In this document: positions 17,611 to 28,326 of the stretch, in pieces
Numbering within the stretch: position 1 is the stretch's first letter
Layout of the letters: each line of letters opens with the position of its first letter
Origin: an uncultured Bdellovibrionales bacterium
GTDB lineage: Bacteria; Patescibacteriota; Minisyncoccia; Moranbacterales; UBA1568
Reading direction: 5' to 3'
Assembly (NCBI GenBank): GCA_964444815.1
Contig: CAYUIR010000001.1
Location: forward strand, 4,520-68,519
DNA length: 64,000 nt
The notes under the pieces: generated by a model
What the model was told of the DNA's origin: nothing
The model's input: only the letters and a program-made list of their open reading frames with translations
The model's database searches: none
Translations under genes and position numbers: made by a program

Positions 17611-19035
17611 ATGAAACGTTCAGAAATATACTTCAGTACGATACAGGTACCCGTCGACTTTCTTATGATTGTCCTGGCGGGGATTTCAGCGTACTACCTG
17701 CGTGGACTCCCGATGTTCGAAGGGTATGTCTCGCGGGTGTTCAATATTTCTTTTGAAGACTATCTCTGGTTCTCTCTCTCCGTGGCGCCACTCTTTCTTG
17801 TCGTGATTGCTTTTGAAGGTCTCTATACCATGCGGGCGACGCGTACCTTTGGAAAAGAAGCCTATGGCATCGCACGGGCCATCACCCTCGGACTCATTAT
17901 CTTGGTGCTTGCTGTCTTCTTGAACCGTGAGTGGTTCTCGTCACGGTTCGTCATCGTGGTCGGCTGGGCTATTGCTATCGTCTATGTCGTCCTTGCTCGC
18001 TATATTATTCAGCGCATCCAGAAATGGTTTCTCGTCAATCGGAATGTGGGTATCCATCGTATCCTCCTCATTGGGTCCAATCAAAAGGTGTATGCCTTGC
18101 GGAAGCTCCTCACCAAGAATAAGCAACTCGGGTATCGAGTCGTCGATCAGATCGATACGGCGAGTGTCGTCCAGGTCAAAGAAATCCGAGCCATGAAGGG
18201 TGTGGACGAGATTATCGTGGGTGACCCGACGCTTACTGATGATGAGCAGGAGAAACTTTTTGACTACTGTCAGATCAACAACATTACCTACAAGTATTTT
18301 CCGACCACACTCCAGACCCCGCGTTTCTCGATGAAGATCTTTAATGGGGAACCGCTCATCGAATTTCAGCATACCCCGCTCGATGGTTGGGGTCGGGTAC
18401 TCAAGCGGACCTATGATATCGTCGCGGGATTTTTCCTCACGGTGCTCTTTTCACCCATCATGCTCGTGGTGGCCATCCTCATCAAACTCGAGGATCCAGA
18501 TGGACCGATTATCTACAAGAATGAGCGCATCGGCGAAAATGGAGTGAAATTCTTTGTCTACAAGTTCCGCTATATGCAGTGGAAGTACTGCGTGACCAAG
18601 GACAATCCGCATATGGATGAGGCCATCGCCTATGAAAAGAAGTTGATTGAAGAGAAAAACGTAAGGAAGGGTGGTATCCTCTACAAAATCAAAGATGATC
18701 CGCGCAAGATGCGGGTCGGGGCCTGGATTGAACGATTTTCTTTTGATGAACTGCCACAGTTTTTTAACGTCCTCGAGGGGACGATGTCACTCGTCGGACC
18801 ACGACCCCATCAGGAGCGAGAGGTCGACCGTTATGCCGAGTATCACCGGCGCCTCCTCACTATCCGTCCTGGCGTGACCGGGATGGCTCAGGTGTCGGGA
18901 CGCTCTGACCTCGCTTTTGAGGATGAGTACCGGCTCGATGTATTCTACATTGAGAACTGGTCGCTTTGGCTCGATATCATCATCTGTCTCAAGACCGCTG
19001 GCGCCCTTCTCAGACGGCGCAAGAACGTGAAATAA
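17611..19035 (+). CDS. Polyprenyl-phosphate sugar phosphotransferase (WcaJ/WbaP family, initiating)
   Basis: N-terminal TMs, KRTYD, YKFRYM, DDPR, DELPQFFNVLEGTMSLVGPRP, RPGVTGMAQVSGRS, DVFYIENWSLWLD. Confidence 0.94.
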   Translation: MKRSEIYFSTIQVPVDFLMIVLAGISAYYLRGLPMFEGYVSRVFNISFEDYLWFSLSVAPLFLVVIAFEGLYTMRATRTFGKEAYGIARAITLGLIILVLAVFLNREWFSSRFVIVVGWAIAIVYVVLARYIIQRIQKWFLVNRNVGIHRILLIGSNQKVYALRKLLTKNKQLGYRVVDQIDTASVVQVKEIRAMKGVDEIIVGDPTLTDDEQEKLFDYCQINNITYKYFPTTLQTPRFSMKIFNGEPLIEFQHTPLDGWGRVLKRTYDIVAGFFLTVLFSPIMLVVAILIKLEDPDGPIIYKNERIGENGVKFFVYKFRYMQWKYCVTKDNPHMDEAIAYEKKLIEEKNVRKGGILYKIKDDPRKMRVGAWIERFSFDELPQFFNVLEGTMSLVGPRPHQEREVDRYAEYHRRLLTIRPGVTGMAQVSGRSDLAFEDEYRLDVFYIENWSLWLDIIICLKTAGALLRRRKNVK

Positions 19036-19045
19036 CAATCGTCTC

Positions 19046-19069
19046 AAACCGCCCTCTGGGGCGGTTTTT
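19046..19069 (+). terminator. Rho-independent terminator
   Basis: AAACCGCCC TCTG GGGCGGTTT TT. Confidence 0.8.
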
Positions 19070-19127
19070 GCTGGTGAAATTCTTGCTGAGTGCTATACTC
19101 TAGGTGTAAGTCAGTAAGCCAAATTCT

Positions 19128-19475
19128 ATGATACTTCTCCGCTTGATGGTGAGTGCACTCGCCTTTTTGTCGCTCTCGTATGTCATTCCGGGTATTTCGG
19201 TCAAAGGGTTTGGGACGGCCCTCATTCTGGCCCTGCTCTGGGGTGTTGTTGGGATTACGATCAAGCCAATTCTCCTCCTTCTCACCCTTCCGTTCAATCT
19301 CCTGACACTCGGACTCTTTACCTTTATTATCAATGGTTTTCTCCTCTGGATGCTTGGTGGTCTCATCAAGGGTTTTGAGGTCCATGGGTTTTGGGTCGCC
19401 GTCCTGGGCGCCCTCTTCCTCTCGGTGGTGAGCTCGCTCACACAATGGGCGCTCAGTCATAGTGATAAAGACTAA
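19128..19475 (+). CDS. YvlD/DUF360 4-TM membrane protein (phage holin family label)
   Basis: KPILLLLTLPFNLLTLGLFTFIING, GFEVHGFW. Confidence 0.88.
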   Translation: MILLRLMVSALAFLSLSYVIPGISVKGFGTALILALLWGVVGITIKPILLLLTLPFNLLTLGLFTFIINGFLLWMLGGLIKGFEVHGFWVAVLGALFLSVVSSLTQWALSHSDKD

Positions 19476-19493
19476 CTCGAGATAGTAGGCACT

Positions 19494-20681
19494 GTGAATT
19501 TGATAAAAAGAATTATCCGCGAGCTTCGTAAAAATAGTCTTCCTGATTTTGTATGGAAGACTCTTTTTTATACTCTTGGCAAAGGACGACATCTGTGGGC
19601 TTTGGATAAAAATTCTTGGCAGAAGAAAAAAGCAGAGAATTTTTTTGGACACTACACGCTTCCACAGCGATCTGGAAAGGAGCAGGTCATCGTTTTTATT
19701 TTGCCCGGGCTGTGGATTGCTGGGGGCATTGCTGTGATTTTGCAGCATGCCAATCTTCTCAGGAATCGCGGGTATCAAGTGAAGATTGTGACACAAGATC
19801 TCAAGACGAAAGTAGCGTGGTTTGAGAATCAGCGAGTGGAGATAGTACCCATCAGTGCCATCGAGCTCTTGCTAAAACAGGGTATAGACATACTGATTGC
19901 TACTGGGTGGAATTCTGTCCCAACGGTAGATCTATTGCCTGCACGACGCAAGATGTATTTTGTTCAGTTGGATGAAAGGCGCTTTTACCAAGATCAAACA
20001 CTACAGAGCTTCGTCGGAGAAACCTATCGAGTAGGGTTTGAATTTTTGACCATGGCGCATTTTCTCCAAGCATGGCTTCGGGAAGAATTTGATCAAGCGT
20101 CTACTTATGTACCCAACGGTTTGGACGTGGCAGTGTTTCATCCTGTAGTGGTACGACAGACAAAAACGAATAAAGTACGGGTGCTGATTGAGGGTCCAAT
20201 CAATATACCGTTTAAGGGCGTAGCAGAAGCATATGAGGCAGTTGCTGGTCTTGATTGTGAACTATGGCTGGTCAGCAGTAACGGTGTGCCGCCAGCTCAT
20301 TGGAAATACGATCAATTTTTTGAGAGAACCCCGATTCATGAAATGCCCCAAATCTACTCTTCATGTGATATTTTGCTCAAGATGAGCACGGTTGAGAGTT
20401 TTTGCTATCCGCCACTGGAAATGATGGCCTGTGGTGGAGTGCCCGTGATTCTTGAGGTGTCAGGTATCGAAGAGTACGCCAGGCACGAAGAAAACTGTCT
20501 CATCGTGCAGAGTCAACAAGAAGCACGACAGACTGTAGCTCGATTAATTAGCGATCCAGCGCTTCGTGCTCGGTTGCGGCGAGGTGGATTAGAGACTGCC
20601 AAAAAGTGGAGCTGGGAGCGTTCTGTCGATGCTCTAGAACAAGTGATACTCAGGGCTGATTCTCAGCAGGCTTATTTGTGA
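19494..20681 (+). CDS. Glycosyltransferase family 4 (WsaF-like)
   Basis: GGIAVILQHAN, IATGW, YFVQ.DE..FY, ESFCYPPLEMMACG; GTG start. Confidence 0.88.
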   Translation: MNLIKRIIRELRKNSLPDFVWKTLFYTLGKGRHLWALDKNSWQKKKAENFFGHYTLPQRSGKEQVIVFILPGLWIAGGIAVILQHANLLRNRGYQVKIVTQDLKTKVAWFENQRVEIVPISAIELLLKQGIDILIATGWNSVPTVDLLPARRKMYFVQLDERRFYQDQTLQSFVGETYRVGFEFLTMAHFLQAWLREEFDQASTYVPNGLDVAVFHPVVVRQTKTNKVRVLIEGPINIPFKGVAEAYEAVAGLDCELWLVSSNGVPPAHWKYDQFFERTPIHEMPQIYSSCDILLKMSTVESFCYPPLEMMACGGVPVILEVSGIEEYARHEENCLIVQSQQEARQTVARLISDPALRARLRRGGLETAKKWSWERSVDALEQVILRADSQQAYL

Positions 20682-21384
20682 ACACGAGGTAGTAGGCGAG
20701 AGTGGCGCTGCCAATGACAAGGATTGAAAAGAGCGTAATGATAGACCAACCTTGGAGAAGGACTGGTTTGTATTGTGAGAGACGATCAACGAGGCGAGAG
20801 AGGTCGCCCGAGAGTGATCCACTGGTATAGGCAGGGCGCAGGAATAAAGTTTGACCTGGATAGACTTTGTTCTTGCTGGTGTCTATCAGAGTACGATCGG
20901 CAAAAACGGGATCAGGCACATCAGTAGCTGAGAGGTAGGGTTTTTCACCCTTGCGATTTTCGTCGGAAAAATAGGTAGCAGAAAAGCAGTATTTTTTATT
21001 CGTAGATTCGACAATAGCCGGAAAGGATAATACCGTGTATGTCCCTTGCATAGGTGGCTTATGGCTATAGATATCGGACGCAAGTGTATTTTGACAAGCT
21101 TCATCCAGGAGGCGGAATTCAATGTGTTCGCCGAGCTTGATGTCAGAACGTCCCAGCACGACCCGGATCTGATGGAGGTTTGACTCTTTGGCGATAAATG
21201 TCTGCGTGACGGGAGATCCTGGCGAAAGGGTTATTTTTTTTGTTTTCCCTAAGAAATTGTAGCCGGATTCGCCGAGACCAAAACTTGTGAGAAAGGTCAA
21301 AAAAATACCAATCATGCCGAGCAAAAAAATAGAGAAAAGAATTCCTTTATGGTATTTTTTAATGAGTTCAATATTTTTATTCAT
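20650..21384 (-). CDS. Hypothetical membrane protein with extracytoplasmic beta-rich domain
   Basis: TM at both ends, VTQTF, RLSQYKP. Confidence 0.8.
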   Translation of the reverse strand: MNKNIELIKKYHKGILFSIFLLGMIGIFLTFLTSFGLGESGYNFLGKTKKITLSPGSPVTQTFIAKESNLHQIRVVLGRSDIKLGEHIEFRLLDEACQNTLASDIYSHKPPMQGTYTVLSFPAIVESTNKKYCFSATYFSDENRKGEKPYLSATDVPDPVFADRTLIDTSKNKVYPGQTLFLRPAYTSGSLSGDLSRLVDRLSQYKPVLLQGWSIITLFSILVIGSATLAYYLVFTNKPAENQP

Positions 21385-21390
21385 ACGGCC

Positions 21391-22836
21391 CTAGAGATAG
21401 TAACGAGGGATAATGACGTTCATGATAGCGTGAATCTGGAGGAGTATCATGGCGAGGGTGAGGGCTTTCAGCGCAAAAAGAAAATACTTTTCCTGTCGTA
21501 GGAGGAATCCAATACCGGCAGCAATAATGATGAGATGAGCAATGACATTTGGAAGGAAGTAACGACCAGGCTGGCCGATAAGAATTTGGCCAGTGTAGTC
21601 AAACACGCGCCAGTCATAGAAGCGAATGGCTATTTGGAGAGCAATTATCATACCGAGAAAGAATACGAGAAACCTCTTTTCGGGAAGATACGTGAATTTT
21701 CTCTGAGAAAAGAGATACCAAACGGTCCCAATGAAACCGACAATTGTGATGAGGATAATTACTGAAAGTGTCCAGTCTGGTATTGCATTATCGAGCCAGC
21801 CGAAGTGCCCCCAATAAGACCGCGCGGTATCTCGCAGTTCGCCCGAACTGAGTGTCTTATCTAGGTATTTTCCTATGGACTCAATGGTGGAGCTGAATTT
21901 TGATTGCGCTGTGAGGTTAGTAATATTCACAAAATAGCTTTTTGGAATAATCAGAAATGTAGCGCTAGCAAGGAAGATACTTGCGCCTGCAAGAAGCGTA
22001 AGAAATTTTTTGAGAGGTAAATGGAGTGCTCTATAAGAAGTCCACGCCAAGAGAGGATAGAGCATTGCGACGAGTACGACGCCTGGACCTTTGGAAAAGA
22101 GACCAAGTATAGCGGCTGAGATGAGCAGAAGGGCGTGGCTCCACGTTAGTCCATCTCGCAGTAAGGAAACGCCAGCGAATAGAAAAAGCGAAAATGCAAA
22201 AACGAGCGCAATGTCGATATTGACTTGGGCTGCAGTCATGGCAAACATGGGCTGGAATGCCACGAGTATCGTAAAAAGGAGGCCTACAAAAGGTGAAAAT
22301 CCGGCCCTTCTTGCAATGTGGAAAGCAAGATAAACTACTCCAACACCAAAGATAGTTGCAAGTGTTCGCATCGAAAAGAGACGAGCGAATATGCTTTCAC
22401 TACTCAAAAGACGCTCTAACCAGGAGCTCAGGAGGTAATAGATTGACCGAGTGCCAGAGACATTCGTGGAGGTGGTGTCAATGTATTGTTTCCAGTCATT
22501 TTCTACAAGAGCTTGGTCAGAGAGGATGGTAGTGAAATCTGGAATATTCTGATCCGAGGTTCTTACCTCATCAAACTGATTGGCTTCCGCTGATCGAATC
22601 ACTTCTTCGGAGAAGCCATATGTTGAGATGCTCGAATGAGTGGTGGATGTACTCGGTAGATTGCGGAAAGGCCAATTTTTGTCTTGAGGTTCGGCCCAGT
22701 ATTGAGCGGTGCTGTAATGAGTTTGTTCATCAGGATTTTGAAACAAGGGAAACAGGACGGCCAAAAAAACACCCTTGAGAAGAAAGAGAAGGAGTATCCC
22801 AGTGAGGTAGAGAGCGTATTTTGAGGATGTGAACAT
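21391..22836 (-). CDS. GT-C-like membrane protein (DUF2142-like)
   Basis: LFQNPDEQTHY loop after TM1, SYWGHFGWLD, QPGRYFLP, many TMs. Confidence 0.8.
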   Translation of the reverse strand: MFTSSKYALYLTGILLLFLLKGVFLAVLFPLFQNPDEQTHYSTAQYWAEPQDKNWPFRNLPSTSTTHSSISTYGFSEEVIRSAEANQFDEVRTSDQNIPDFTTILSDQALVENDWKQYIDTTSTNVSGTRSIYYLLSSWLERLLSSESIFARLFSMRTLATIFGVGVVYLAFHIARRAGFSPFVGLLFTILVAFQPMFAMTAAQVNIDIALVFAFSLFLFAGVSLLRDGLTWSHALLLISAAILGLFSKGPGVVLVAMLYPLLAWTSYRALHLPLKKFLTLLAGASIFLASATFLIIPKSYFVNITNLTAQSKFSSTIESIGKYLDKTLSSGELRDTARSYWGHFGWLDNAIPDWTLSVIILITIVGFIGTVWYLFSQRKFTYLPEKRFLVFFLGMIIALQIAIRFYDWRVFDYTGQILIGQPGRYFLPNVIAHLIIIAAGIGFLLRQEKYFLFALKALTLAMILLQIHAIMNVIIPRYYL

Positions 22837-22897
22837 GGCTTGTTTCTCGATTCTTTAGGCAGTATACTATAAAAGTACCCTTTTCTAAAGCCTTTTT

Positions 22898-24637
22898 ATG
22901 GAGCGGACCGTACAAAATATTTTGGTAGGTGGTTCGGGGTTTATCGGCTCTGAGCTTGCTCTGGAATTGGCGCGTAGAGGAGAGAGTGTCGTCAGTATTT
23001 CTCGAAACGGTGGAGTCGTCATACCTGGTGTCAAAAACATAATTCTAGATATATCGGAGCAGCGGGCGCTTGAACAAAAGTTTCCCACTGGGGAGACTGT
23101 CTATATTCTGGTTGGCCAAAATCACCCGGAATTCGATGCGGAAGCGGAACTGGAGGCTTTACGAAGACTGATCGTTGTGCTGAATGTGAAACGTCCCAAA
23201 AAAGTACTCTATCTATCTTCGGTGCTGGTGTATGGAGAGACCGATGCTCCAGCAGGCGAAGAAACCCCGTGTTGTCCAGCGGATCAGTATAGTCAGTTTA
23301 AGTGTTCTGCCGAGGCACTGTTACGAGAGAGTTTGAGCCCGCAGATAGTCCTTGGTATTTTACGTCTGGCAAATGTTTATGGCGGGAAGAAAAATCGAGG
23401 ATTCATCGGACTGGTTATGGATCGCTTGGCTCAAGAGCAAAGTATTGAGCTGAAAGTCAATGGTGACGGGCTACAAGAGCGAGACTATATGTTTATCGAC
23501 GATGTGGTGGCCGCACTACTATCGGTGAAAAAACATCTGATAGAGAATGATATTGTTAATATTGCGACAGGGCAGAGTCATACGCTGCTAGATATTCTCG
23601 ATCAAGTGTCACGTATAACTGGTCGTCAATTTCCATACAAGAATAATGGCAAAGGAGTGGTAGAAATTGGAAAGAGCAGGGTTAAAAATGAGAAACTGGG
23701 ACAGCGATACCACTTCTCGCCGAAGTATGGACTGAGCACAGGATTAGAGGAAACCTATTTGCGATCGGTGGTTTATCAGGAAAAGGTTTCTGGGAAGCGA
23801 ATGCTCTTTATCGGCGGGGAAGGATTCATAGGAAGAAACTTGGCCAGATATTTTGCGAATGAGAATGAGTGCATTTCGGTGGGTCAGCGCCAGTCTGTAT
23901 TTGCAGATCGGCGGGATAGGTATATCGAAGTTGATCCCTATAAGAATAGAGTCGAGGGTGAATATGACGTGGTGGTACATCTGATTGACAATAAAGTTCC
24001 TCTCTCGGTGTTCGAGCTCCAAGAGGAGCAATTGACAAAAAACTTCTCACTTCGATCAGGTGGGCAGTTGGTAGTATTTTCATCGGCAGTCGTGTATGTG
24101 AATCCAAATTCGGAGTATGGCAAGAGAAAGCAACTACTCGAGGCATTTTACAAACGATACTGCAAAGAGTACGGCATTACGCTCACGATTTTTCGCCCGT
24201 TTAATATATTTGGTCCCTTTCAGTTACCCAATCGCCAGGGGAGTTTGATAGCGAACTTGATGTGCAACTTTCTTCTGGATGAAAGTACTGAGATAAACGA
24301 CATGGGCGCTCGACGTGATTTTATGTGTGTGACTGATATTGCCAAGTTTGTCGAATGCGCTTTGGCGAGAAAGCAGGAAGGTGTTTTTGATATAGGATCA
24401 GGGACATTGGTATCTATCAGAGAGCTGATTGATTATTTGAATCACCATATCTTTTTTTCAAAGGGGAAAATCACGGATCGACAGGCAAAAGAACAAACTA
24501 ACGAACAGCCCGCCAAGAGGACTTTATCACCCGTACTTCCCATGGTAGACTTTGACGAGGGACTGAAAAGGACGTTTGCATTCTACAAAAATAACCTCCA
24601 TCTCCTCAAAGATTATGTCAAACGAAAGGGCAATTAA
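22898..24637 (+). CDS. Tandem two-domain NAD-dependent epimerase/dehydratase
   Basis: Domain 1 GGSGFIG..SSVLVYG..YSQFK..RDYMFIDD; domain 2 GGEGFIG..SSAVVY..YGKRK..RDFMCVTD. Confidence 0.88.
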   Translation: MERTVQNILVGGSGFIGSELALELARRGESVVSISRNGGVVIPGVKNIILDISEQRALEQKFPTGETVYILVGQNHPEFDAEAELEALRRLIVVLNVKRPKKVLYLSSVLVYGETDAPAGEETPCCPADQYSQFKCSAEALLRESLSPQIVLGILRLANVYGGKKNRGFIGLVMDRLAQEQSIELKVNGDGLQERDYMFIDDVVAALLSVKKHLIENDIVNIATGQSHTLLDILDQVSRITGRQFPYKNNGKGVVEIGKSRVKNEKLGQRYHFSPKYGLSTGLEETYLRSVVYQEKVSGKRMLFIGGEGFIGRNLARYFANENECISVGQRQSVFADRRDRYIEVDPYKNRVEGEYDVVVHLIDNKVPLSVFELQEEQLTKNFSLRSGGQLVVFSSAVVYVNPNSEYGKRKQLLEAFYKRYCKEYGITLTIFRPFNIFGPFQLPNRQGSLIANLMCNFLLDESTEINDMGARRDFMCVTDIAKFVECALARKQEGVFDIGSGTLVSIRELIDYLNHHIFFSKGKITDRQAKEQTNEQPAKRTLSPVLPMVDFDEGLKRTFAFYKNNLHLLKDYVKRKGN

Positions 24638-26030
24638 GAATATATTGATTATAGGTGCTGGTAAGGCTGGACGACTCCTTAAGAAGGATATTGAACTTTA
24701 TCATCCCGAGTGTCAGTTTGTTGGCTATGTGGACGACAAATTAGACGCAAAGAATCGGCTCTTATTAGGGAGTATCGCCGATACCAGTAAACTAGCAAAG
24801 CTGTTTAGAATAGATGAGATGGTTATTGCTATCCCGTCGACTGATGGCCAGTTAGTACGCAGGATCCTGCTTGAGAACATCAAGAATCATATCCCAATTA
24901 AAATAGTACCTCGGAGTCAAAAGATCATTCGTCTCAGTCACGTTCGGTATTCGGAGGTGAAAGATGTCACGGGTGAAGATATGCTGGGGCGTCCTTTTGT
25001 GCGTCAGAGCATTGATCGAGTGAAGAAATTTTATCAAGGGAAAACGGTTTTTATTACCGGAGGTGCTGGCTCTATTGGTTCGGATATCGTGAGGCAATTA
25101 CTAGATCTTGATGTTAAGAAGGTGATTGTGTATGACAATTCGGAGTACCTGATTTTCCTATTAGAGCAGGAGCTTAAGGTGCTTGGTCTGCGTGATCGCT
25201 GCGAATTGATTGTAGGGAGCATTCTGCATTACAACAAGCTCAACATACTCATGAAGGAACGACGCCCAGACGTTGTTTTTCATGCGGCTGCATATAAACA
25301 CGTTCATCTCATGCAGGATAATATAGATGAGGCCGTGTATAATAACGTAATTGGAACGAAGCGGGTTATTGAGGCTGCCATCAGCGGTGGCGTGAAGCTG
25401 TTCACTTTTATTTCGACCGATAAGGTGGTCAATCCCACGAGTGTCATGGGTGCCACCAAGAAGCTTTGCGAGTACTATATACAGTGCCTCAAGCCCAAGG
25501 GGATGCAATTCAATATAGTTCGTTTTGGGAATGTCATAAATTCCAACGGTTCTGCTCTGCCACTTTTTGAACGTCAAATTGCCGGTCAGGGCTACGTGAC
25601 GGTGACACACAAGAAAATGAAGCGGTTTTTTATGTCTATCCGTGAGGCAGCTCAGCTCGTGATTGAAAGTACGGCCAATGGCAAGAAAGATGCTATCCAT
25701 ATACTGAATATGGGAGAGCTCATCAATATCTATGAAGTGGCACTTTGCCTTATACGTTCTAGAGGGTATGTCCCCGGAAAAGACATAGAGGTGCGAATCA
25801 CAGGGTTACGTAAGGGGGAAAAGATGATTGAGGAGCTCTATACGGAAAACGAACGGGGGAATATGGTGAAAACTGGCATGGATCGAATCTATTCATTAAA
25901 AAACTATGATCGCTGCCCAGTTGATATTTTGCAGACCATCGCTGTCTTGGAGGACTTGGTCAAAACTGGGGCACCACAGGCGGAATTGCGGAAGCATCTG
26001 AAAAGAATATTCCCTTCCATTAAAAATTAG
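24615..26030 (+). CDS. Nucleoside-diphosphate sugar 4,6-dehydratase (CapD/PglF-like, no TM domain)
   Basis: GAGKAG, EDMLGR, TGGAGSIGS, HAAAYKHV, ISTDKVVNPTSVMGATK, VRFGNV, GLRKGEKM. Confidence 0.92.
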   Translation: MSNERAIKNILIIGAGKAGRLLKKDIELYHPECQFVGYVDDKLDAKNRLLLGSIADTSKLAKLFRIDEMVIAIPSTDGQLVRRILLENIKNHIPIKIVPRSQKIIRLSHVRYSEVKDVTGEDMLGRPFVRQSIDRVKKFYQGKTVFITGGAGSIGSDIVRQLLDLDVKKVIVYDNSEYLIFLLEQELKVLGLRDRCELIVGSILHYNKLNILMKERRPDVVFHAAAYKHVHLMQDNIDEAVYNNVIGTKRVIEAAISGGVKLFTFISTDKVVNPTSVMGATKKLCEYYIQCLKPKGMQFNIVRFGNVINSNGSALPLFERQIAGQGYVTVTHKKMKRFFMSIREAAQLVIESTANGKKDAIHILNMGELINIYEVALCLIRSRGYVPGKDIEVRITGLRKGEKMIEELYTENERGNMVKTGMDRIYSLKNYDRCPVDILQTIAVLEDLVKTGAPQAELRKHLKRIFPSIKN

Positions 26031-26053
26031 TAGAAGATTATCCTGTGTCTGAA

Positions 26054-27319
26054 ATGTTAGAAAAACGGCCTTTACTCTCACGAATAAGTCAGTTAGTAGG
26101 ACTGGATATTCAATATTTCTTTGGAGCTGGAATAGTTGTTTCGTTCCGCTATATCATTGTATCTTTCTTGGGATTGGTGCTTTCGGTAGGATTTGCTCGT
26201 CTTGGTAGTAAGGAACTCTTCGGCCAATATCAGACCATACTTGCTTTGTTGAGTCTGATTTCTGTGTTTTCACTTCCTGGTTTGAATTTAGCTGCACTTA
26301 AGTCTGTAGTGGAGGGGAATACTACTGTCGTGCTACAAGCAGTGCGACTCAGTTTTTATGGGTCATTATTTGGGGTACCTGTAATATGGCTTTATGCGGG
26401 ATATAATTTCTTTCTGACACGAGATTTGACGTTTGCAGTTGCGGTTGCTATTGCTAGTATTCTCTTCCCATTTTATTACGCGTTCAATACCTGGTATGTT
26501 TTTTATGAGGGGCGCTCACAGTTTTTTCCTGTAGCGTGGCGAACAATCGGGCTTAATGCTTTGGTTACGACTATTCTTTTGGGAGCGTTGTATAGGCAAG
26601 AGAATCTTACTATACTGATACTGCTTTTTTTGGGGATTAACGTCGTTTTAAGTGGCAGATTTCTTTTTGAGGCGTCTCGTGCTGTAAGCGGGAGTTTTTT
26701 TCAGGGGACGAGTGGAGAACTCGATGTGAGGTATGGCCTCTCGGTTACCCTGCAAAAATTTGTTCTCTCTCTGGCAGAGAATGTTCCAGTGATACTCATC
26801 TCTTTCATGTTTGGGTTTGAGAAAGTGGCTATTTTTCAAATTGCTTTTTTCTTTGTGAGTGCCGTTTCTGGTTTTTTGAGTGGAATTTCCGCTACGTATA
26901 TGCCGCTCCTCTTTCGCTATAAGAAGCTCGCGTACGTTAAAGTGCTTTTGCAACAATTTACTTTGGGGCTAATTTTGTTTTTGATATTTCGTGTCTTTGT
27001 GGAGAAATTCTTTATAGCTTTTTATGGTGCATCGTATCAGGAAAGTCTTGAGATTGTTAGGAATCTCTCTTTTCTAGTGTTCCTTTTCCCACTCAAAACT
27101 TTCTTGATAAATTTCTTTACGGCAAAAAGACAAAACCTTCTTGTAGCGTCAATTTTTCTTTCTGCTAATCTATTGGCAGTATTCGCTCTGTACTGGACTC
27201 GAGAGGCGTCAGTAGGTACGAGTGCCACGGCGTATCTTTATACGTTAAATGTCCTTCTTAGCACCTCTTTACTAGTTACGTATTTGTACCAGGTGTACAG
27301 AGAGAAGAGGCTTATCTAA
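26054..27319 (+). CDS. Wzx/MOP-family oligosaccharide flippase
   Basis: ~12 TM, ARLGSKELFGQY, SLPGLN; context. Confidence 0.78.
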   Translation: MLEKRPLLSRISQLVGLDIQYFFGAGIVVSFRYIIVSFLGLVLSVGFARLGSKELFGQYQTILALLSLISVFSLPGLNLAALKSVVEGNTTVVLQAVRLSFYGSLFGVPVIWLYAGYNFFLTRDLTFAVAVAIASILFPFYYAFNTWYVFYEGRSQFFPVAWRTIGLNALVTTILLGALYRQENLTILILLFLGINVVLSGRFLFEASRAVSGSFFQGTSGELDVRYGLSVTLQKFVLSLAENVPVILISFMFGFEKVAIFQIAFFFVSAVSGFLSGISATYMPLLFRYKKLAYVKVLLQQFTLGLILFLIFRVFVEKFFIAFYGASYQESLEIVRNLSFLVFLFPLKTFLINFFTAKRQNLLVASIFLSANLLAVFALYWTREASVGTSATAYLYTLNVLLSTSLLVTYLYQVYREKRLI

Positions 27320-27396
27320 GGGGCGATACGAGTTGTCTGGTTTGTCAAAGGGGGGTATAATGGAAGAAATTCAGGATTTTTGATGTTTCTGACCGT

Positions 27397-28326
27397 ATGA
27401 CTGATTTCGATGCTATTCCGTGTCCGCTGTGCGCCGCTTCGACCTACGATGTCGTTTACCCAGGGAAGTTTCCCGAAACACTTTCGCACGAATTTCTGAC
27501 AGAAGTCTATCGCTCATCGAGTGATCAGGCGCTTTTTGAGCAGGTAGTGAAGTGTCGGGAGTGTGGAGTAGTGTACCTCAATCCGCGCCTGCGCTCCGAT
27601 CTCATTGTGAGTTCATATGCCGATGGTGAAGACAGAACTTTTATCGAGCAAGACGCTTTTCGGATCAGAACATTTGCGGAGGCACTGAAGAAGCTGCGTG
27701 ATGAATATGGCCTTCTTTTTTCACCGGAGACCAAGACTCTTGATATCGGGTGTGCCGGTGGGGCGTTTTTGCGGGCTGCCAGAGAATGTCAGCTTTCCGC
27801 TATCGGTATCGAGCCAAGTCGCTTCCTCGGGAACTACGCACGGACCACACATAACCTCGATGTTCGGAGCGGTGTACTTGCTGATTTTTCTTTTCCGGCC
27901 CACAGTTTCGACCTGATCACGCTCTGGGATGTTATTGAACATGTGCCGGATCCCAAGGAAGAATTGAGAACGATTCAACAGCTTCTCAAGCCGGATGGTC
28001 TTTTTGTTGTCAACTATCCGGACTTCGGTAGCCTGCCAGCGAAGCTGCTTGGTCGGAAGTGGCCGTTTCTTCTGAGCGTCCATCTTGTGTACTATACGCC
28101 GGAAACTATCAGGCGCCAGCTTTTGAAAAGTGGTTTCCGGGTGATCGGTATGAAAAGACACTGGCAGACACTGGAACTCGGGTATGTGATCAAGAGAGCC
28201 TCGCAGTATTTTTCAGGATTTCGTTTTCTTGGTTTTTTGACTGAAAAACTCGGACTGGCGACACTACCGATTAAGTATTGGATTGGACAGACTCAGGTAA
28301 TTGCCAAGCGTTATGATACTCGATAG
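27397..28326 (+). CDS. Class I SAM methyltransferase with N-terminal Zn-binding motif
   Basis: CPLC..CRECG..LNPR, LDIGCAGG, WDVIEHVPDP, LKPDG. Confidence 0.9.
   Translation: MTDFDAIPCPLCAASTYDVVYPGKFPETLSHEFLTEVYRSSSDQALFEQVVKCRECGVVYLNPRLRSDLIVSSYADGEDRTFIEQDAFRIRTFAEALKKLRDEYGLLFSPETKTLDIGCAGGAFLRAARECQLSAIGIEPSRFLGNYARTTHNLDVRSGVLADFSFPAHSFDLITLWDVIEHVPDPKEELRTIQQLLKPDGLFVVNYPDFGSLPAKLLGRKWPFLLSVHLVYYTPETIRRQLLKSGFRVIGMKRHWQTLELGYVIKRASQYFSGFRFLGFLTEKLGLATLPIKYWIGQTQVIAKRYDTR

Noticed and set aside
19128-19475. Phage-holin-family gene as a sign of a prophage
   Set aside because: YvlD/DUF360 proteins are common chromosomal genes; no other phage genes nearby.
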